Source: Candidatus Gastranaerophilaceae bacterium (GTDB taxonomy: Bacteria > Cyanobacteriota > Vampirovibrionia > Gastranaerophilales > Gastranaerophilaceae). Taken from it: a stretch of 54,376 bases of DNA. The stretch's first letter is position 1. The number at the start of each line of letters is the position of its first letter. The position numbers and the translations under genes are program-made. Shown one piece after another: positions 51,262-54,376 of this stretch. A model generated the notes under the pieces. That model had not been told where the DNA came from. It saw nothing but the letters and a program-made list of their open reading frames with translations, and searched no databases. The stretch is taken from contig JAZLBN010000024.1 in the NCBI GenBank assembly GCA_045613725.1, positions 1-54,376 of the forward strand, given 5' to 3'.

Positions 51262-52983
51262 ATGTCAGTAGGACAATTCGTTTTTATGTTACACAGTCAT
51301 TTACCTTATTATAGAAAAGCTGGTATGTGGCCGTTTGGAGAAGAGAATCTTTATGAATGTATGGCAGAAACATATGTTCCGCTTTTAAATGCGATATCTG
51401 AGTTATATGAGGAAGGCATTAAAGCTAAGTTAACTGTTGGTATTACTCCAGTTTTAGCTGAACAACTTTATGATGAACACTTAAGACAAGGCTTTGTTGA
51501 ATATTTAGATTCAAGAATTGAAAGTGTAGCAAAAGATTTGGAAAGATATCCAGATCCTGAAGTTCCACATTCTCAACATTTAAAATATTTGGCGAAGTAT
51601 TATTTTGATTGGTTTAATAATATTAAAAATTCATTTGTAAATAAGTACAATATGGATTTGATTTCAGCATTCAAAAAATATCAAGATTTAGGATGTATTG
51701 AAATAACTACATCAGGTGCAACACACGGATTTTCTCCATTGTTAGCAACAGATAATAATTTGAATGCGCAATTTAAAATTGGTTCAGATACAACAAAACG
51801 CTTCTTTGGTAAAAAAGCTAAAGGTTGCTGGTTACCAGAATGTGCATATAGACAAGGTTATGAATATGTAGGTAAAGATGGACAAAAACATTGGAGACCT
51901 GCGATTGAGTTAACATTGCAAAATAATGATATTGAATATTTCTTTACTGAATCTCATGTTATAGAAGGTGGTAATTCTATTGGATGTCGTCGTGTAGTTG
52001 GTATTTATGGAAATATCGAATACATTCCGCTTCCAGAAAGAGAACCAACCGGTTATGATACATATTCAGCTTATTGGTTACCTGATGCGCAAGTTGCGGT
52101 TATGGGTAGAAATGATAGAGCAGGTTATCAAGTTTGGTCAGCAGCAGATGGCTATCCTGGAGATGGTTGTTTCAGAGAATTTCATAAAAAAGATGATAAA
52201 TCAGGTATGAACTATTGGAGAATTACATCTCCTACAACTGATTTGGGTGATAAAATGCTTTATGATCCAGTACTTGCGTTAAATAAAATTAACGAAAATT
52301 CTGATCACTATACTACAATGTTGTATCATCAATTAAATGACTATAAGAATGCAACAGGTAAGGAAGGTCTAATAATGGTATCATTTGATACTGAGTTATT
52401 TGGTCACTGGTGGTTTGAAGGTGTTGAATTTATTAAACAAGTTATTAGAAAATTCCATCAATATATTCCACAAGTAGATAGAATGACTGCGGGAGAATAT
52501 TTACATGCTCATCCGCCAACAGAAGCTATTCAAATCCCTGAATCTTCATGGGGGCAAGGTGGTCACTTCTACGTATGGAATAACCACTTAACAGAATGGA
52601 TGTGGCCAATTATTCACTCTTGTGAAAAACGTATTACTGCAATTGCTGATAGATATCAAACAATTCCTGATGATAAGCTATTGCACAGAGCGTTAAACCA
52701 ACTAGCGAGAGAGAACTTGTTGCTTCAAAGTTCAGATTGGCCGTTCTTGATTACAACATGGCAAGCTAAAGATTATGCTACAGACAGATTCAATGAACAT
52801 GTTGAAAGATTTAGCTTTATTGCAGATATGATTGATTCTGATTGTATTGATGAAGCTAAGTTAGCAGAAATAGAATCTATAGACAATTGTTTCAGCGAAA
52901 TTGACTATAGAGTTTATGTATCAATCGAAGAAGGTGTGATTCCACAACAATCTAAGAAATTAGCACCTTTATATGTTGATTAA
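51262..52983 (+). CDS. GH57-family 1,4-alpha-glucan branching enzyme
   Basis: GQFVFMLHSHLPYYRKAGMWPFGEENLYECMAETYVPLL is the typical GH57 branching-enzyme N-terminus. Also WLPECAY and FDTELFGHWWFEG (catalytic Glu/Asp regions). GGAGG SD before ATG 51262. Confidence 0.9.
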   Translation: MSVGQFVFMLHSHLPYYRKAGMWPFGEENLYECMAETYVPLLNAISELYEEGIKAKLTVGITPVLAEQLYDEHLRQGFVEYLDSRIESVAKDLERYPDPEVPHSQHLKYLAKYYFDWFNNIKNSFVNKYNMDLISAFKKYQDLGCIEITTSGATHGFSPLLATDNNLNAQFKIGSDTTKRFFGKKAKGCWLPECAYRQGYEYVGKDGQKHWRPAIELTLQNNDIEYFFTESHVIEGGNSIGCRRVVGIYGNIEYIPLPEREPTGYDTYSAYWLPDAQVAVMGRNDRAGYQVWSAADGYPGDGCFREFHKKDDKSGMNYWRITSPTTDLGDKMLYDPVLALNKINENSDHYTTMLYHQLNDYKNATGKEGLIMVSFDTELFGHWWFEGVEFIKQVIRKFHQYIPQVDRMTAGEYLHAHPPTEAIQIPESSWGQGGHFYVWNNHLTEWMWPIIHSCEKRITAIADRYQTIPDDKLLHRALNQLARENLLLQSSDWPFLITTWQAKDYATDRFNEHVERFSFIADMIDSDCIDEAKLAEIESIDNCFSEIDYRVYVSIEEGVIPQQSKKLAPLYVD

Positions 52984-53010
52984 TAATAAGTATTTTTACA
53001 ATTCATTTTT

Positions 53011-53040
53011 AAGCCTTAGTTAAATATTAGCTGAGGCTTT
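53011..53040. terminator. hairpin terminator between convergent genes
   Basis: AAGCCTTAGTTAA-ata-TTAGCTGAGGCTT long stem (with G.U pairs) followed by TCTTTT. Confidence 0.6.
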
Positions 53041-53043
53041 CTT

Positions 53044-53889
53044 TTATTTATTGAGTAAATAGTCAATAATTTTTGAATATATTGATTTTTTATTATTTTG
53101 CATAAAATCATGGTTTTTATTTTTAAAAATAAAAGCGTGATATTGTTTCTTGAGTATTTTCATTTGTTTTTTTGAGAGAAAAACTTTTTCTTTTTCTTTG
53201 TATTTGAAACATTCTTTAGTTTTTAGTTTGAATAATTTTGCAAATTCGTATTTATAGAGTCTTTCCATATCTTTTGCAAAACCGGCTTTATTTAACCAAG
53301 GATCAATGAATATTGTATGTTTTGTAATATCCCCCCTAAATGGACTTCCATCTTTATTGAATACGCATATTACATGATCAAGACAACTCCAATTGTGAGG
53401 TGATTTATCAGAAATTTTTCCTTTGTAAATGCTTGCGCAAGTTGCATTATGAACCCCATTCATTTTAAGAATAAGCTCAGCAATGGTTGCGTTTTCACAG
53501 CAGTTTCCAATTTTAAATTTTTCCAGGCAATATAAGCTGTGGAAAAGTTCATTTTCCATAAGTGTGCTTGCACGTTGTCTACGTTCTCCAAAATAGTCAA
53601 GCATGTCGCGAAGAATATAAATTTTTTTGATAATAGATTTGTTTTGAGGTGTTTTTTGTGTGCGTTTTAGGATTTCGTATGCTTCAGACAAGTTATTGGG
53701 ATCATTAGCGAAATCTAAAAGCTTTTTATTCTTTTTAACAAAGTTAATAATTCTGATTTGATGTTTAGTAACTGAAGAGTGAGGCAAAGTCTGGTTGAGA
53801 ATATGACAAACCCAATCTGCGTCACGAACTTGTTTGCATCTAGCACTAAATGAGGGGGTGTATGGTTGAGGGTTTGTAGTTGTAATCAT
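53044..53889 (-). CDS. hypothetical protein with transglutaminase/papain-like Cys-His-Asp signature
   Basis: KIGNCCENATIAELILKMNG (Cys), SCLDHVICVF (His), IFIDPW (Asp) occur in the order and spacing typical of transglutaminase-fold cysteine peptidases. Lys-rich C-terminal tail. No signal peptide. Confidence 0.6.
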   Translation of the reverse strand: MITTTNPQPYTPSFSARCKQVRDADWVCHILNQTLPHSSVTKHQIRIINFVKKNKKLLDFANDPNNLSEAYEILKRTQKTPQNKSIIKKIYILRDMLDYFGERRQRASTLMENELFHSLYCLEKFKIGNCCENATIAELILKMNGVHNATCASIYKGKISDKSPHNWSCLDHVICVFNKDGSPFRGDITKHTIFIDPWLNKAGFAKDMERLYKYEFAKLFKLKTKECFKYKEKEKVFLSKKQMKILKKQYHAFIFKNKNHDFMQNNKKSIYSKIIDYLLNK

Positions 53890-53952
53890 GATGATAATAA
53901 GGGCTGTGAATAAATTAATTTGCTAAATATTCAAAAATTTAAAAAAAAGTTG

Positions 53953-53980
53953 TTGCATTTTATTTTTTAGCAAATATAAT
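53953..53980 (+). promoter_or_regulatory. sigma-70 promoter for tRNA-Asp
   Basis: TTGCAT-N16-TATAAT, ending 21 nt upstream of the tRNA 5' end. Confidence 0.6.
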
Positions 53981-54001
53981 AAAGAAGTAACCGAAATAAA
54001 T

Positions 54002-54079
54002 GGGAGCGTAGCTCAGTTTGGTTAGAGCGCATGCCTGTCACGCATGAGGTCGCGAGTTCGAGCCTCGTCGTTCCCGCCA
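54002..54079 (+). tRNA. tRNA-Asp (anticodon GUC), CCA encoded
   Basis: Manual cloverleaf. Acceptor GGGAGCG/CGTTCCC (one G.U). D arm GCTC-AGTTTGGTTA-GAGC. Anticodon arm CATGC-CTGTCAC-GCATG. Variable loop AGGTC. T arm GCGAG-TTCGAGC-CTCGT. Discriminator G plus CCA. Confidence 0.93.
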
Positions 54080-54089
54080 TTTAAACAAA

Positions 54090-54114
54090 AGTCCTGTTAT
54101 TACAGGACTTTTTT
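54090..54114 (+). terminator. rho-independent terminator after tRNA-Asp
   Basis: AGTCCTGT-tatt-ACAGGACT-TTTTT. Confidence 0.85.
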
Positions 54115-54182
54115 ATTGCTTTGTTTTCTCTTTTATCGATTGTGTTTTAGACTGTTTTTGTTGTTATTATTGCGTTTTAATA

Positions 54183-54196
54183 AGTTCGAACCTCGT
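54183..54196 (+). other. tRNA 3'-half-like fragment (T-loop/T-stem copy)
   Basis: AGTTCGAACCTCGT compared with tRNA-Asp 54055-54068 AGTTCGAGCCTCGT (13/14 identical), located 128 nt downstream. Confidence 0.4.
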
Positions 54197-54242
54197 TAGC
54201 CGTCTTGATATTTTATTCTGTTTATATAACAGGAGAACAACT

Positions 54243-54376
54243 ATGAATAAAGAATCAATCAGTTTTAAAATGGATGACTACACAATAACCTTGCACAGAG
54301 GGCAAGAAGAAACAGAAGAAATGCAACAAAAACGAATGACTATGTTTGTAACTTACTTATGTAATATTGCATTGCG
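54243..54376 (+). CDS. 3'-truncated hypothetical protein (runs off the window)
   Basis: ATG with AGGAG 8 nt upstream. MNKESISFKMDDYTITLHRGQEETEEMQQKRMTMFVTYLCNIAL... is open to the window end. Confidence 0.45.
   Translation, partial: MNKESISFKMDDYTITLHRGQEETEEMQQKRMTMFVTYLCNIAL

Noticed and set aside
41707-52210. Antisense or alternate-frame ORFs (41707-41952, 42180-42407, 44319-44561, 45441-45779, 46825-47010, 47487-47675, 48025-48243, 49243-49476, 50690-50872, 51998-52210).
   Set aside because: They overlap well-supported genes: activase, M16, pilT, comEC, SLT and GH57. There is no independent evidence for them.
1-54376. A scan for CRISPR arrays, IS elements or transposases, integrases, rRNA, toxin-antitoxin pairs and recognisable defence-system gene pairs.
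   Set aside because: I saw no regularly spaced direct repeats, no DDE/tyrosine/serine recombinase motifs and no rRNA-like sequence. The only HTH gene is paired with a glycosyltransferase, not a toxin.

Overview
This is an AT-rich (roughly one-third GC by eye), densely coding chromosomal window. I count about 48 credible protein genes, one tRNA-Asp(GUC), and no rRNA, CRISPR array, transposase or integrase.

Most genes are housekeeping or envelope functions:
- DNA repair, recombination and uptake: rarA, recG, ruvB, recO, comEC, pilT.
- Biotin, early steps: bioF-bioG-bioC.
- Glycogen: glgA and a GH57 branching enzyme.
- Other: prmC, rluD, lspA, punA, an rpoZ-like gene, an M16 peptidase, an MFS efflux pump, a CNNM/CorC transporter, a PLP decarboxylase and a porin.

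Two surface-appendage themes stand out:
- A flagellar C-ring/export-gate operon on the minus strand: fliM/N-like, then fliO-P-Q-R.
- Three dispersed, monocistronic prepilin-like genes that share the N-terminus SAFTL(A/T)E.

The gene content (flagella, many pseudopilins, GH57 with GlgA, a cyanobacteria-like rpoZ, an N-terminally extended RecG) and the low GC suggest a non-photosynthetic cyanobacteria-related (Melainabacteria/Gastranaerophilales-like) or similar gut anaerobe. This is low-confidence inference.

Candidates most worth follow-up:
1. A 696-aa protein with flagellin-like end-helix architecture but no flagellin motifs, behind a sigma-28-type promoter.
2. A single C-ring protein with tandem SpoA domains and a strong internal SD+ATG, which is SctQ-like logic.
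3. A FliQ with a ~75-aa C-terminal extension.
4. A pilin-like protein carrying a Pro9 linker and a 12-Cys module.
5. A 1191-aa protein combining a triple zinc ribbon, degenerate cyclase, degenerate AAA_16 and TPR-like region, immediately upstream of glgA.
6. A ~550-bp gene-poor, structured, terminator-ended region.
7. A recurring promoter(-10)-N6-ATG geometry that suggests many leaderless mRNAs.
8. A tRNA-Asp followed by a duplicated 3' tRNA fragment.

Several track ORF starts were trimmed to internal starts that have an RBS or signal peptide. About 35 short antisense ORFs in the track are treated as spurious. All functional calls rest on motif recognition by eye, and no database search was run.
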